DNA of 64,000 bases from Nemertoderma westbladi. Taxonomy: Eukaryota; Animalia; Xenacoelomorpha. The notes beneath the pieces were generated by a model that was given only the letters and a program-made list of their open reading frames with translations, was not told where the DNA came from and searched no databases. This document shows positions 1-12,642 of the stretch, one piece after another (the stretch's first letter is position 1; every line of letters begins with the position of its first letter). The translations under genes and the position numbers were made by a program. Where the stretch lies: positions 95,770 through 159,769 of the forward strand of contig JAUCBJ010008094.1 of the NCBI GenBank assembly GCA_032718475.1, written 5' to 3'.

Positions 1-3000
1 ATTGCATTCCCATTCTCGTTCTATTATTAGTAGTACTTTATTGCATTCCCATTCTTGTTCTATTATTAGTAGTACTTTATTGCATTCCCATTCTCGTTCT
101 ATTATTAGTAGTACTTTATTGCATTCCCATTCTCGTTCTATTATTAGTAGTACCTTATTGCATTCCCATTCCCGTTCTATTATTAGTAGTGCTTTATTGC
201 ATTCCCGTAGAACTTTATTGCATTCCCATTCTTGTTCTATTACTAATAGTACTTTATTGCATTCCCATTCTCGTTCTATTATTAGTAGTACTTTATCGCA
301 TTCCCATTTTCGTTCTATTATTAGTAGTACTTTATTGCATTCACATTCTCGTTCTATTATTAGTAGTACTTTATTGCATTCCCATTCTCGTTCTATTATT
401 AGTAGTACCGGTACTTTATTGCATTCCCATTCTCGTTCTATTATTAGTAGTACTTTATTGCATTCCTGTAAAACTTTATTGCATTCCCATTCTCGTTCTA
501 TTATTAGTAGTACTTTATTGCATTCCCATTCTCGTTCTATTATTAGTAGTACTTTATTTCATTCCCGTAGAACTTTATTGCATTCCCATTCTCGTTCTAT
601 TATTAATAGTACTTTATTGCATTACCATTCTTGTTCTATTATTAGTAGTACTTTATTGCATTCCCATAGAATTTTATTGCATTCCCATTCTCGTTCTATT
701 ACTAATAGTACTTTATTGCATTCCCATTCTCGTCCTATTATTAGTAGTACTTTATTGCATTCCCATTCTCGTTCTATTATTAGTAGTACCTTATTGCATT
801 CCCATTCCCGTTCTATTATTAGTAGTACTTTATTGCATTCCCGTAGAACTTTATTGCATTCCTATTCTCGTTCTATTACTAATAGTACTTCATTGCATTC
901 CCATTTTCGTTCTATTATTAGTAGTACTTTATTGCATTCCCATTCTCGTTCTATTATTAGTAGTACTTTATTGCATTCCCGTAGAACTTTATTGCATTCC
1001 CATTCTCGTTCTATTACTAATAGTACTTTATTGCATTCCCATAAAACTTTATTGCATTCCCATTTTCGTTCTATTATTAGTAGTACTTTATTGCATTCCC
1101 ATTCTCGTTCTATTATTAGTAGTACTTTATTGCATTCCCGTAGAACTTTATTGCATTCCCATTCTCGTTCTATTACTAATAGTACTTTATTGCATTCCCG
1201 TAGAACTTTATTGCATTCCCATTCTCGTTCTATTACTAATAGTACTTTATTGCATTCCCATAAAACTTTATTGCATTCCCATTTTCGTTCTATTATTAGT
1301 AGTACTTTATTGCATTCCCATTCTCGTTCTATTATTAGTAGTACTTTATTGCATTCCCATTCTCGTTCTATTATTAGTAGTACTTTATTGCATTCCCATT
1401 CTCGTTCTATTATTAGTAGTAATTTATTGCATTCCCATTCTCGTTCTATTATTAGTAGTACTTTATTGCATTCCCATTCTCGTTCTATTATTAGTAGTAC
1501 TTTATTGCATTCCCATTCTCGTTCTATTATTAGTAGTACTTTATTTCATTCCCATCCTCATCCTATTATTAGTAGTACTTTATTGCATTCCCGTAGAACT
1601 TTATTGCATTCACATTCTCGTTCTATTACTAATAGTACTTTATTGCATTCCCATTCTCGTTATATTATTAGTAGTACCTTATTGCATTCCCATAGAACTT
1701 TATTGCATTCCCATTCTCGTTCTATTATTAGTAGTACTTTATTGCATTCCCATTCTCGTTCTATTATTAGTAGTACTTTATTGCATTCCCATTCTTGTTC
1801 TATTATTAGTAGTACTTTATTGCATTCCCGTAGAACTTTATTGCATTCACATTCTCGTTCTATTACTAATAGTACTTTATTGCATTCCCATTCTCGTTAT
1901 ATTATTAGTAGTACCTTATTGCATTCCCATAGAACTTTATTGCATTCCCATTCTCCTTCTATTATTAGTAGTACTTTATGGCATTCCCATTCTCGTTCTA
2001 TTATTAGTAGTACTTTATTGCATTCCCATTCTCGTTCTATTATTAGTAGTACTTTATTGCATTCCCATTCTCGTTCTATTATTAGTAGTACTTTATTGCA
2101 TTCCCATTCTCATTCTATTATTAGTAGTACTTTATTGCATTCCCATTTTCGTTCTATTATTAGTAGTACTTTATTGCATTCCCGTATAACTTTATTGCAT
2201 TCCCATTATCGTTCTATTACTAATAGTACTTTATTGCATTACCATTCTTGTTCTATTATTAGTAGTACTTTATTGCATTCCGTAGAACTTTATTGCATTC
2301 CCATTATCGTTCTATTACTAATAGTACTTTATTGCATTACCATTCTTGTTCTATTATTAGTAGTACTTTATTGCATTCCCGTAGAACTTTATTGCATTCC
2401 CATTCTCGTTCTATTACTAATAGTACTTTATTGCATTCCCATAAAACTTTATTGCATTCCCATTTTCGTTCTATTATTAGTAGTACTTTATTGCATTCCC
2501 ATTCTCGTTCTATTATTAGTAGTACTTTATTGCATTCCCGTAGAACTTTATTGCATTCACATATAACTTTATCGCGTTCCCATTCTCGTTCTATTATTAG
2601 TAGTACTTTATTGCATTCCCATTCTCGTTCTATTATTAGTAGTACTTTATTGCATTCCCATTTTCGTTCTATTATTAGTAGTACTTTATTGCATTCCCAT
2701 TCTCGTTCTATTATTAGTAGTACTTTATTGCATTCCCATTCTCGTTATATTATTAGTAGTACCTTATTGCATTCCCATAGAACTTTATTGCATTCCCATT
2801 CTCGTTCTATTATTAGTAGTACTTTATTGCATTCCCATTCTCGTTCTATTATTAGTAGTACTTTATTGCATTCCTGTAGAACTTTATTGCATTCCCATTA
2901 TCGTTCTATTACTAATAGTACTTTATTGCATTACCATTCTTGTTCTATTATTAGTAGTACTTTATTGCATTCCCGTAGAACTTTATTGCATTCCCATTCT

Positions 3001-6000
3001 CGTTCTATTACTAATAGTACTTTATTGCATTCCCATAAAACTTTATTGCATTCCCATTTTCGTTCTATTATTAGTAGTACTTTATTGCATTCCCATTCTC
3101 GTTCTATTATTAGTAGTACTTTATTGCATTCCCATTCTCGTTCTATTATTAGTAGTACTTTATTGCATTCCCATTCTCGTTCTATTATTAGTAGTATTTT
3201 ATTGCATTCCCATTCTCGTTCTATTATTAGTAGTACTTTATTGCATTCCCGTAGAAATTTATTGCATTCCCATTCTCGTTCTATTACTAATAGTACTTTA
3301 TTGCATTCCCATTCTCGTTATATTATTAGTAGTACCTTATTGCATTCCCATAGAACTTTATTGCATTCCCATTCTCGTTCTATTATTAGTAGTACTTTAT
3401 TGCATTCCCATTCTCGTTCTATTATTAGTAGTACTTTATTGCATTCGCATTCTCGTTCTATTATTAGTAGTACTTTATTGCATTCCCGTAGAACTTTATT
3501 GCATTCCCATTCTCGTTCTATTACTAATAGTACTTCTTTATTGCATTCCCATTTTCGTTCTATCATTAGTAGTATTTATTGCATTCCCATTCTCGTTCTA
3601 TTATTAGTAGTACTTTATTGCATTCCCATTCTCGTTCTATTATTAGTAGTACTTTATGGCATTCCCATTCTCGTTCTATTATTAGTAGTACTTTATTGCA
3701 TTCCCATAGAACTTTATTGCATTCCCATTCTCGTTCTATTACTAATAGTACTTTATTGCATTCCCATTCTCGTTATATTATTAGTAGTACCTTATTGCAT
3801 TCCCATAGAACTTTATTGCATTCCCATTCTCCTTCTATTATTAGTAGTACTTTATCGCATTCCCATTCTCGTTATATTATTAGTAGTACCTTATTGCATT
3901 CCCATTCTTGTTATATTATTAGTAGTACCTTATTGCATTCCCATAGAACTTTATTGCATTCCCATTCTCGTTCTCTTATTAGTAGTACTTTATTGCATTC
4001 CCATTCTCGTTCTATTATTAGTAGTACTTTATTGCATTCCCATAGAACTTTATTGCATTCCCATAGAACTTTATTGCATTCCCATTCTTATTCTATTATT
4101 AGTAGTACTTTATTGCATTCCCATTCTCGTTCTATTATTAGCAGTACTTTATTGCATTCCCATAGAACTTTATTGCATTCCCGTAGAACTTTATTGCATT
4201 CCCATTCTTATTCTATTATTAGTAGTACTTTATTGCATTCCCATTCTCGTTCTATTATTAGTAGTACTTTATCGCATTCCCATTCTCGTTCTATTATTAG
4301 TAGTACTTTATTGCATTCCCATTCTCGTTCTATTATTAGTAGTACTTTATTGCATTCCCATTCTCGTTCTATTATTAGTAGTACTTTATTGCATTCCCAT
4401 TCTCGTTCTATTATTAGTAGTACTTTATTGCATTCCCATAGAACTTTATTGCATTCCCGTAGAACTTTATTGCATTCCCATTCTTATTCTATTATTAGTA
4501 GTACTTTATTGCATTCCCATTCTCGTTCTATTATTAGTAGTACTTTATTGCATTCCCATAGAACTTTATTGCATTCCCGTAGAACTTTATTGCATTCCCA
4601 TTCTTATTCTATTATTAGTAGTACTTTATTGCATTCCCATTCTCGTTCTATTATTAGTAGTACTTTATCGCATTCCCATTCTCGTTCTATTATTAGTAGT
4701 ACTTTATTGCATTCCCATAGAACTTTATTGCATTCCCGTAGAACTTTATTGCATTCCCATTCTTATTCTATTATTAGTAGTACTTTATTGCATTCCCATT
4801 CTCGTTCTGTTATTAGTAGTACTTTATCGCATTCCCATTCTCGTTCTATTATTAGTAGTACTTTATCGCATTCCCATTCTCGTTCTATTATTAGTAGTAC
4901 TTTATTGCATTCCCATTCTCGTTCTATTATTAGTAGTACTTTATCGCATTCCCATTCTCGTTCTATTATTAGTAGTACTTTATCGCATTCCCATTATCTT
5001 TCTATTATTAGTAGTACTTTATTGCATTCCCATTCTCGTTCTATTATTAGTAGTACTTTATCGCATTCCCATTCTCGTTCTAATATTAGTAGTACTTTAT
5101 CGCATTCCCATTCTCGTTCTATTATTAGTAGTACTTTATTGCATTCCCATTCTCGTTCTATTATTAGTAGTACTTTATTGCATTCCCGTAGAACTTTATT
5201 GCATTCCCATTCTTATTCTATTATTAGTAGCACTTTATTGCATTCCCATAGAACTTTATTGCATTCCCGTAGAACTTTATTGCATTCCCATTCTTATTCT
5301 ATTATTAGTAGTACTTTATTGCATTCCCATTCTCGTTCTATTATTAGTAGTACTTTATCGCATTCCCAATCTCGTTCTATTATTAGTAGTACTTTATCGC
5401 ATTCCCATTCTCGTTCTATTATTAGTAGTACTTTATTGCATTCCCATTCTCGTTCTATTATTAGGAGTACTTTATTGCATTCCCATTCTCGTTCTATTAT
5501 TAGTAGTACTTTATTGCATTCCCATTCTCGTTCTATTATTAGTAGTACTTTATTGCATTCCCATAGAACTTTATTGCATTCCCGTAGAACTTTATTGCAT
5601 TCCCATTCTTATTCTATTATTAGTAGTACTTTATTGCATTCCCATTCTCGTTCTATTATTAGTAGTACTTTATTGCATTCCCATAGAACTTTATTGCATT
5701 CCCGTAGAACTTTATTGCATTCCCATTCTTATTCTATTATTAGTAGTACTTTATTGCATTCCCATTCTCGTTCTATTATTAGTAGTACTTTATCGCATTC
5801 CCATTCTCGTTCTATTATTAGTAGTACTTTATTGCATTCCCATAGAACTTTATTGCATTCCCGTAGAACTTTATTGCATTCCCATTCTTATTCTATTATT
5901 AGTAGTACTTTATTGCATTCCCATTCTCGTTCTGTTATTAGTAGTACTTTATTGCATTCCCATTCTCGTTCTATTATTAGTAGTACTTTATCGCATTCCC

Positions 6001-8127
6001 ATTCTTGTTCTATTATTAGTAGTACTTTATTGCATTCCCATTCTCGTTCTATTATTAGTAGTACTTTATCGCATTCCCATTCTCGTTCTATTATTAGTAG
6101 TACTTTATCGCATTCCCATTCTCTTTCTATTATTAGTAGTACTTTATTGCATTCCCATTCTCGTTCTATTATTAGTAGTACTTTATCGCATTCCCATTCT
6201 CGTTCTAATATTAGTAGTACTTTATCGCATTCCCATTCTCGTTCTATTATTAGTAGTACTTTATTGCATTCCCATTCTCGTTCTATTATTAGTAGTACTT
6301 TATTGCATTCCCGTAGAACTTTATTGCATTCCCATTCTTATTCTATTATTAGTAGCACTTTATTGCATTCCCATAGAACTTTATTGCATTCCCGTAGAAC
6401 TTTATTGCATTCCCATTCTTATTCTATTATTAGTAGTACTTTATTGCATTCCCATTCTCGTTCTATTATTAGTAGTACTTTATCGCATTCCCAATCTCGT
6501 TCTATTATTAGTAGTACTTTATCGCATTCCCATTCTCGTTCTATTATTAGTAGTACTTTATTGCATTCCCATTCTCGTTCTATTATTAGGAGTACTTTAT
6601 TGCATTCCCATTCTCGTTCTATTATTAGTAGTACTTTATTGCATTCCCATTCTCGTTCTATTATTAGTAGTACTTTATTGCATTCCCATAGAACTTTATT
6701 GCATTCCCGTAGAACTTTATTGCATTCCCATTCTTATTCTATTATTAGTAGTACTTTATTGCATTCCCATTCTCGTTCTATTATTAGTAGTACTTTATTG
6801 CATTCCCATATAACTTTATTGCATTCCCGTAGAACTTTATTGCATTCCCATTCTTATTCTATTATTAGTAGTACTTTATTGCATTCCCATTCTCGTTCTA
6901 TTATTAGTAGTACTTTATCGCATTCCCATTCTCGTTCTATTATTAGTAGTACTTTATTGCATTCCCATAGAACTTTATTGCATTCCCGTAGAACTTTATT
7001 GCATTCCCATTCTTATTCTATTATTAGTAGTACTTTATTGCATTCCCATTCTCGTTCTATTATTAGTAGTACTTTATCGCATTCCCATTCTCGTTCTATT
7101 ATTAGTAGTACTTTATCGCATTCCCATTCTCGTTCTATTATTAGTAGTACTTTATTGCATTCCCATTCTCGTTCTATTATTAGTAGTACTTTATTGCATT
7201 CCCATTCTCGTTCTATTATTAGTAGTACTTTATCGCATTCCCATTCTCGTTCTATTATTAGTAGTACTTTATCGCATTCCCATTCTCGTTCTATTATTAG
7301 TAGTACTTTATTGCATTCCCATTCTCGTTCTATTATTAGTAGTACTTTATTGCATTCCCGTAGAACTTTATTGCATTCCCATTCTTATTCTATTATTAGT
7401 AGTACTTTATTGCATTCCCGTCCCATTCTCGTTCTATTATTAGTAGTACTTTATCGCATTCCCATTTTCGTTCTATTATTAGTAGTACTTTATTGCATTC
7501 CCATTCTCGTTCTATTATTAGTAGTACTTTATTGCATTCCCATTCTCGTTCTATTATTAGTAGTACTTTATGGCATTCCCATTCTCGTTCTATTATTAGT
7601 AGTACTTTATTGCATTCCCATTCTCGTTCTATTATTAGTAGTACTTTATTACATTCCCATTCTCGTTCTATTATTAGTAGTACTTTATTGCATTCCCATT
7701 CTCGTTCTATTATTAGTAGTACTTTATTGCATTCCCATTCTTGTTCTATTATTAGTAGTACTTTATTGCATTCCCATTCTCCTTCTATTATTAGTAGTAC
7801 TTTATTGCTTTCCCATTCTCGTTCTATTATTAGTAGTACTTTATCGCATTCCCATTCTCGTTCTATTATTAGTAGTACTTTATTGCATTCCCATTCTCGT
7901 TCTATTATTAGTAATACTTTATGGCATTCACATTCTCGTTCTATTATTAGTAGTACTTTATTGCATTCCCATTCTCGTTCTATTATTAGTAGTACTTTAT
8001 TGCATTCCCATTCTCGTTCTATTATTAGTAGAACTTTATTGCATTCCCGTAGAACTTTATTGCATTCCCATTCCTATTCTATTATTAGTAGTACTTTATC
8101 GCATTCCCATTCTCGTTCTATTATTAC
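1..8127. repeat. 39-bp minisatellite (with 21-bp deletion-variant units), truncated by window start
   Basis: Unit TACTTTATTGCATTCCCATTCTCGTTCTATTATTAGTAG interspersed with AACTTTATTGCATTCCC(A/G)TAG. Both lengths are multiples of 3, which explains the spurious HSHSRSIISSTLL / VLYCIPILVLLL ORFs. Confidence 0.97.
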
Positions 8128-8457
8128 CTGGCAGGATAAACTCACTCGTGTAATAACATCCCTTGGTCAGGAATGCGTCACAACTCAATCCAGATTGAAT
8201 TAAATTATTCTGGAACAATAACTAATATAATTCGCTGCTTATTCTTTCCAATTGCGGCATACTTTTTGATTGGATGGTATTATGCCAATCAACCTAGAAT
8301 TTCCATGACTAAAAAATATATTATCCGCTATTTATATTTTTATAGGCATTTTTGGGCATTAACAATGAAAAAGAATCCAAAGAATGTAATTTGGATTGTT
8401 AGTGAACTTATTTTCGAGTGTGTTGCTAGATTGACTCGACTATTAGGAGGCCCAAAA

Positions 8458-9803
8458 TCAACGGTAGCCACTAAAAATACGTTTAAATTTATCCCACCAA
8501 CCTGCGAACAGGTAAACCACACTCAATACTACACCTACCACTACAACCATACCTCCTTCAAATAATGTCTTACCTTCATCTTCAATGTTATCATCTAGCC
8601 CTTCAACCTCACTAATCACATTATCATCTTTACGTAATTCCTCATTCTCGTTATCCGTAACGATGTTATCACGATCAACTGCCTGCTGCGATAGAGAATG
8701 TCTCTCTTGATTGTCGCTCGGAAGAGAAATACTTTTCAGATTGTTAGCGATTTGTTTTAGATTAGATAGAGACCTCGCAATATCCCCGTCCAACTGCTTC
8801 GCTGCGTTCGTGGCCAATGCCGTTCCAGATCTGTTAACTACATTTTGATTCGCCAGATCTCTATGGACCGACTTGCCTTCATCTATCGACCTCTTCGACT
8901 CCACAACATTCCCCTTTACAAACTCACTGGCGTTTATCTCATTCTCCTTATTCTCCATCACAGGCGCACCGATTTTTTCGTTCAAGGTTTTCGCGGTGAA
9001 AGAACAAGCGGCCATCGTCTTGTGAATTCTCTGACTCGCCTCTCTCATTTCCGCCAGGACACCGACCAGGTCTGTGCCCGGATGCTTGCGAGTGTTTCCC
9101 ACGTTTCTCTTCAACGAATCAGCGTCAAGGAGGTTAACCCGGTTCTCTCTGATTGGCGAACTATCCAATGATCGCACTGTAATCGCTGTAGTTTCTCGCG
9201 GCTGCTTTTCAGAGCCAATCGTTTTCTCATCGTCACGTTCATTCCCAGTGGAAAAATCACCTATTGAAGAAGGGTTACAGAGGTTACCCCCGAAGCGATG
9301 ACGTAACTCATTGCCGTTCGCCAATGGCGAACGATTACCCGTTGCCATGACGCCAATGTGCGAACACCACGTGTAATTCATGGAATCATTGTTGTCCCAG
9401 AATTCGTCGCTTTTGGTTTGATAGCAGACTGCCAACTGAACAAATGCGTCCCCTGGAGCAAGGAACCCAAATTTGAAGCGATCTATTTCCTGGGAAACCG
9501 TCTCCACAAAGGAAGCTTCTACATTTATATAGGAGTGCCAGTTATCTGTGGTATATCTTGCGAACAAGTGCTTATAGAAGGATATATTGGACACACACAC
9601 CATTCCAGAGACCAAACCACCCTCGCGTCTACTTATAATCTCCACCTGAACGCGTTTCTGTTTAATATGCTGCTGAATTTCTTCCTTTCCAAACATTTCG
9701 TGTCGCCATATCGTCACGTTCGCGCTTTTATTATAATCGATATCATCTTTGTGCTGATCAATTTTATCATTCGAAGAGCAAATGGTATCCATATTCTCGC
9801 AAT
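8458..9803 (-). CDS. CBM21 (glycogen-binding, PPP1R3-like) protein with C-terminal transmembrane helix; main coding exon
   Basis: VSGMVCVSNISFYKHLFARYTTDNW...DRFKF...LAVCYQ..EFWDNNDSMNY matches the CBM21 pattern (GxVxVxNxxFxKxVxxRYTxDxW...WDNNxGxNY). C-terminus MVVVVGVVLSVVYLFAGWW followed by basic residues. Acceptor TTATTTAG at 9804-9805 is in frame (AT TGC GAG AAT ATG). Confidence 0.85.
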
Positions 9804-9994
9804 CTAAATAATAATTTTCTTATCAGTATAAAATATTGAATCAGCGTTTTAATTAATATATCACCAAAAAATATTATTAAAATAAGTATAACAGTAAATG
9901 TTCAACATCCAATAAGTTCGCCTTTAAGTATTACAGTAGGTTGTTAGTTATACGACAAACAATAAACTATTATACCACGAAGTACAACTGTTAC

Positions 9995-10010
9995 CTAAAC
10001 TAAAGCCCAT
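9995..10010 (-). CDS. Probable first coding exon of the CBM21 gene (MGFSL)
   Basis: ATG GGC TTT AGT TTA G|gtaaca is a phase-1 donor matching the phase-1 acceptor at 9803 (G+AT=Asp). There is an in-frame TGA immediately upstream of the ATG; intron 191 bp. Confidence 0.5.
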
Positions 10011-10982
10011 TCATTATCGAGTCTGCTGATTGCCCACAGATTATTATTTGTAAACAATACACATGTAAGTAGTACATGTTGGTAAACATGAACACCAGAA
10101 AAGCTACCTACAGTATGGCCTGTTTTTTATTATAAAGTAGAAGATGTTTGCCATTATGCCAACAATTACAAGAGATGAGCACTGGGTTAATTATCACTAT
10201 TGTGCAGTAGCTCAGCTGCTGCTATAGGTAGCTAGGTACATTTCGGTAAAATATGGAATGAGAAAGTTTCTGGAACGACAAAACAATATCCATGGAAACA
10301 AACACAAAATTAAGGGAGTGGGGTCAATATAGGGAGTGGGCTATTGAAGCAACTTTGTGCGATTCATCAATATTAATTATAAATTAGGAGAAAGTCAAAG
10401 TTTACAGTGATAGGCTGCAGTATTCTAACCAAAACAATAAACGTGAGTCAAAAAACCCAAGCCGGTACTAACATCGATAGCGTCCGTTTAATTTGTAGAG
10501 ACTTGCTGCTTTCTGGATTATGGTACCAAAATAACCTATGCAATCAATAATTATTTGAATAATTATTTTATCATAAATATGTAATAATTAAATATTATAT
10601 TATTGTTAGCTTTAATTCCCCTATTTTCAATAATTTAACCTGGTATAACCCATTATGGCCCATGTGGTTTAGATCAATAAAGATGAATTAAGATTAAGAA
10701 ACTAGTTGCAATTTGGCTATAATATATACAGAAAGGGATTTGGGATTGAAAGTAGTTGCTTTCGTTTTTATGGGCGACCTATTCACTTTCCAAATTAGGC
10801 CAATTTATTTAGGTTAGACATTTAGACACCCCACTGGGTTGGCCTGCTGTCTTCCGTTCAGTGTGTTACTGGAAGCCAACTAACTGCTATCTTCTAATTA
10901 CCACGAGAAGGTTAATGGAGGTAGTCGGGAAACCTTAGATTCGTACGCAAACGTTTTGTACATTTTTCAATTATTATTTTAG

Positions 10983-11123
10983 GTTTCACAACCAGGGTTT
11001 AGTAGAAGTGAAACTTTTGGAAAAGTTACGATTATGTGATAAAGACGGGAGATACAACACAATCAGAATGGTAGATTATATGTACTTCAGAAACCATCTG
11101 TGCATAGTGTTTGATCTACTGGG
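10983..11123 (+). CDS. DYRK4: DYRK4-like kinase exon (subdomains III-V)
   Basis: ttttag|G..: [48 protein letters not shown]; donor GG|gtaatt. Confidence 0.9.
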
Positions 11124-11220
11124 GTAATTATATTATATATATTCAATAAATACTACAGTAACAATGTATATGAAAGAAAGTATTTATATTATTGGTAAAA
11201 AATATAGATAAATAAATATA

Positions 11221-11470
11221 TGGCGGGCCCACTATCAGGAGCGCTGCAAGACGCGCCGTATTCACTTCACCCCTCTCGTGTGCTCAAGTTTGTGGTGTGT
11301 TTCGGGCGGAAGCTCAGATATTCATTAAACACCTTGGTGAGACCTATGTGTCAACGCAGGTGGGGATGACGCAGGGTGGGTGTCGGGTGATGTGAGGCGG
11401 CGATTGCAGTTTGGGCTGCTGCGGGCTGTGTTGCTGTGTCTCAGGGGCGGAAGGAGACCATGGAGGAGTC
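11221..11470 (+). mobile_element. 3' remnant of CRE-like (restriction-like endonuclease) non-LTR retrotransposon ORF, frameshifted
   Basis: Across frames it reads HYQERCKTRRIHFTPLVCS / GVFRAEAQIFIKHLGE / VRRRLQFGLLRAVLLCLRGGRRPWRSLG, resembling from memory the C-terminus of CRE-clade RLE domains (FTPLVxS..G.EA..F.K.L...RxRLSFALLRA..LCLRGSR..WRSLG). Confidence 0.7.
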
Positions 11471-12430
11471 TCGGTTTCGGAGAAGGAGCGGGTGTGCGGG
11501 GGCGGAATGAGACCATGGAGGAGACTCGGTTTCGGAGACGGAGCGGGGTGGAAGGAGACCATGGATGAGTCTCGGTTTCGGAGACGGAGCGGGGTGTGCG
11601 GGGGTGGAAGGAGACCATGGATGAGTCTCGGTTTTGGAGATGGAGCGGGGTGGAAGGAGACCATGGATGAGTCTCGGTTTTGGAGACGGAGCGGGGTGGA
11701 AGGAGACCATGGAGGAGTCTCGGATTTGGAGACGGAGCGGGGTGGAAGGAGACCATGGAGGAGTCTCGGTTTCGGAGAAGGAGCGGGGTGGAAGGAGACC
11801 ATGGATGAGTCTCGGTTTCGGAGATGGAGCAGGGGGTGGAAGGAGACCATAGAGGAGTCTCGGTTTCGGAGACGGAGCGGGGTGGAAGGAGACATGGATG
11901 AGTCTCGATTTCGGAGATGGAGCGGAGTGGAAGGAGACCATGGAGGAGTCTCGGTTTCGGAGACGGAGCGGGGTGGAAGGTAACCATGGATGAGTCTCGG
12001 TTTCGGAGACGGAGCGGGGTGGAAGGAGACCATGGATGAGTTTCGGTTTCGGAGACGGAGCGGGGTGGAAGGAGACCATGGATGAGTCTCGGTTTCGAAG
12101 ACGGAGCGGGGTGGAAGGAGACCATGGATGAGTCTCAGTTTCGGAGACAGAGCGGGGTGGAATGAGACCATGGCGGAGTCTCGGTTTTGGAGACGGAGCG
12201 GGGTGGAAGGAGACCATGGAGGAGTCTCGGTTTCGGAGACGGAGCGGGGTGGAAGGAGACCATGGAGGAGTCTTGGTTTCGGAGAAGGAGCGGGTGTGGT
12301 GCGGGGCGGAATGAGACCATGGAGGAAACTCGGTTTCGGAGACGGAGCGGGGTGGAAGGAGACCACGGAGGAGTCTCGGTTTCGGAGAAGGAGTGGGTGT
12401 GCGGGGGCGGAAAGAGACCATGGAGGAGAC
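11449..12430. repeat. 46-bp GC-rich minisatellite followed by poly-C tract
   Basis: Unit GGAAGGAGACCATGGATGAGTCTCGGTTTCGGAGACGGAGCGGGGT, about 20 copies; C run at about 12430-12448. Confidence 0.95.
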
Positions 12431-12503
12431 CCCCCCCCCCCCCCCCCCCAACCACACCCCTGTGCCTTGAAATCTTTCATAATTTTATTGAATAATATTC
12501 TAG

Positions 12504-12642
12504 AATGAACCTCTATGAGTTAATGAAAAGGAATAATTTCCAAGGATTAACGATGAATCTGGTACGACGTTTTGCCTACTCCCTGCTACGATGTTTGGGA
12601 TTGCTATATGATGAACATATTGTTCATTGCGACTTAAAACCG
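12504..12642 (+). CDS. DYRK4: DYRK4-like kinase exon (to catalytic loop HCDLKP)
   Basis: ttctag|A ATG: MNLYELMKRNNFQGLTMNLVRRFAYSLLRCLGLLYDEHIVHCDLKP; HCDLKPEN is the DYRK signature; donor CCG|gtaggt. Confidence 0.93.

Noticed and set aside
8124-8136. TTACCTGGCAGG matching the U1 snRNA 5' end
   Set aside because: Similarity stops after 12 nt, with no U1 stem-loops or Sm site; explained by complementarity to a donor-like site.
2-8203. Very long His/Ser-rich and hydrophobic ORFs (up to 1524 aa)
   Set aside because: Read-through of 39/21-bp units; two frames are open at once and swap at indels, so there is no sign of coding constraint.
8173-8565. Plus-strand 130-aa ORF as an upstream DYRK exon
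   Set aside because: No kinase N-lobe or DH-box motifs; overlaps the CBM21 gene 3' end antisense.
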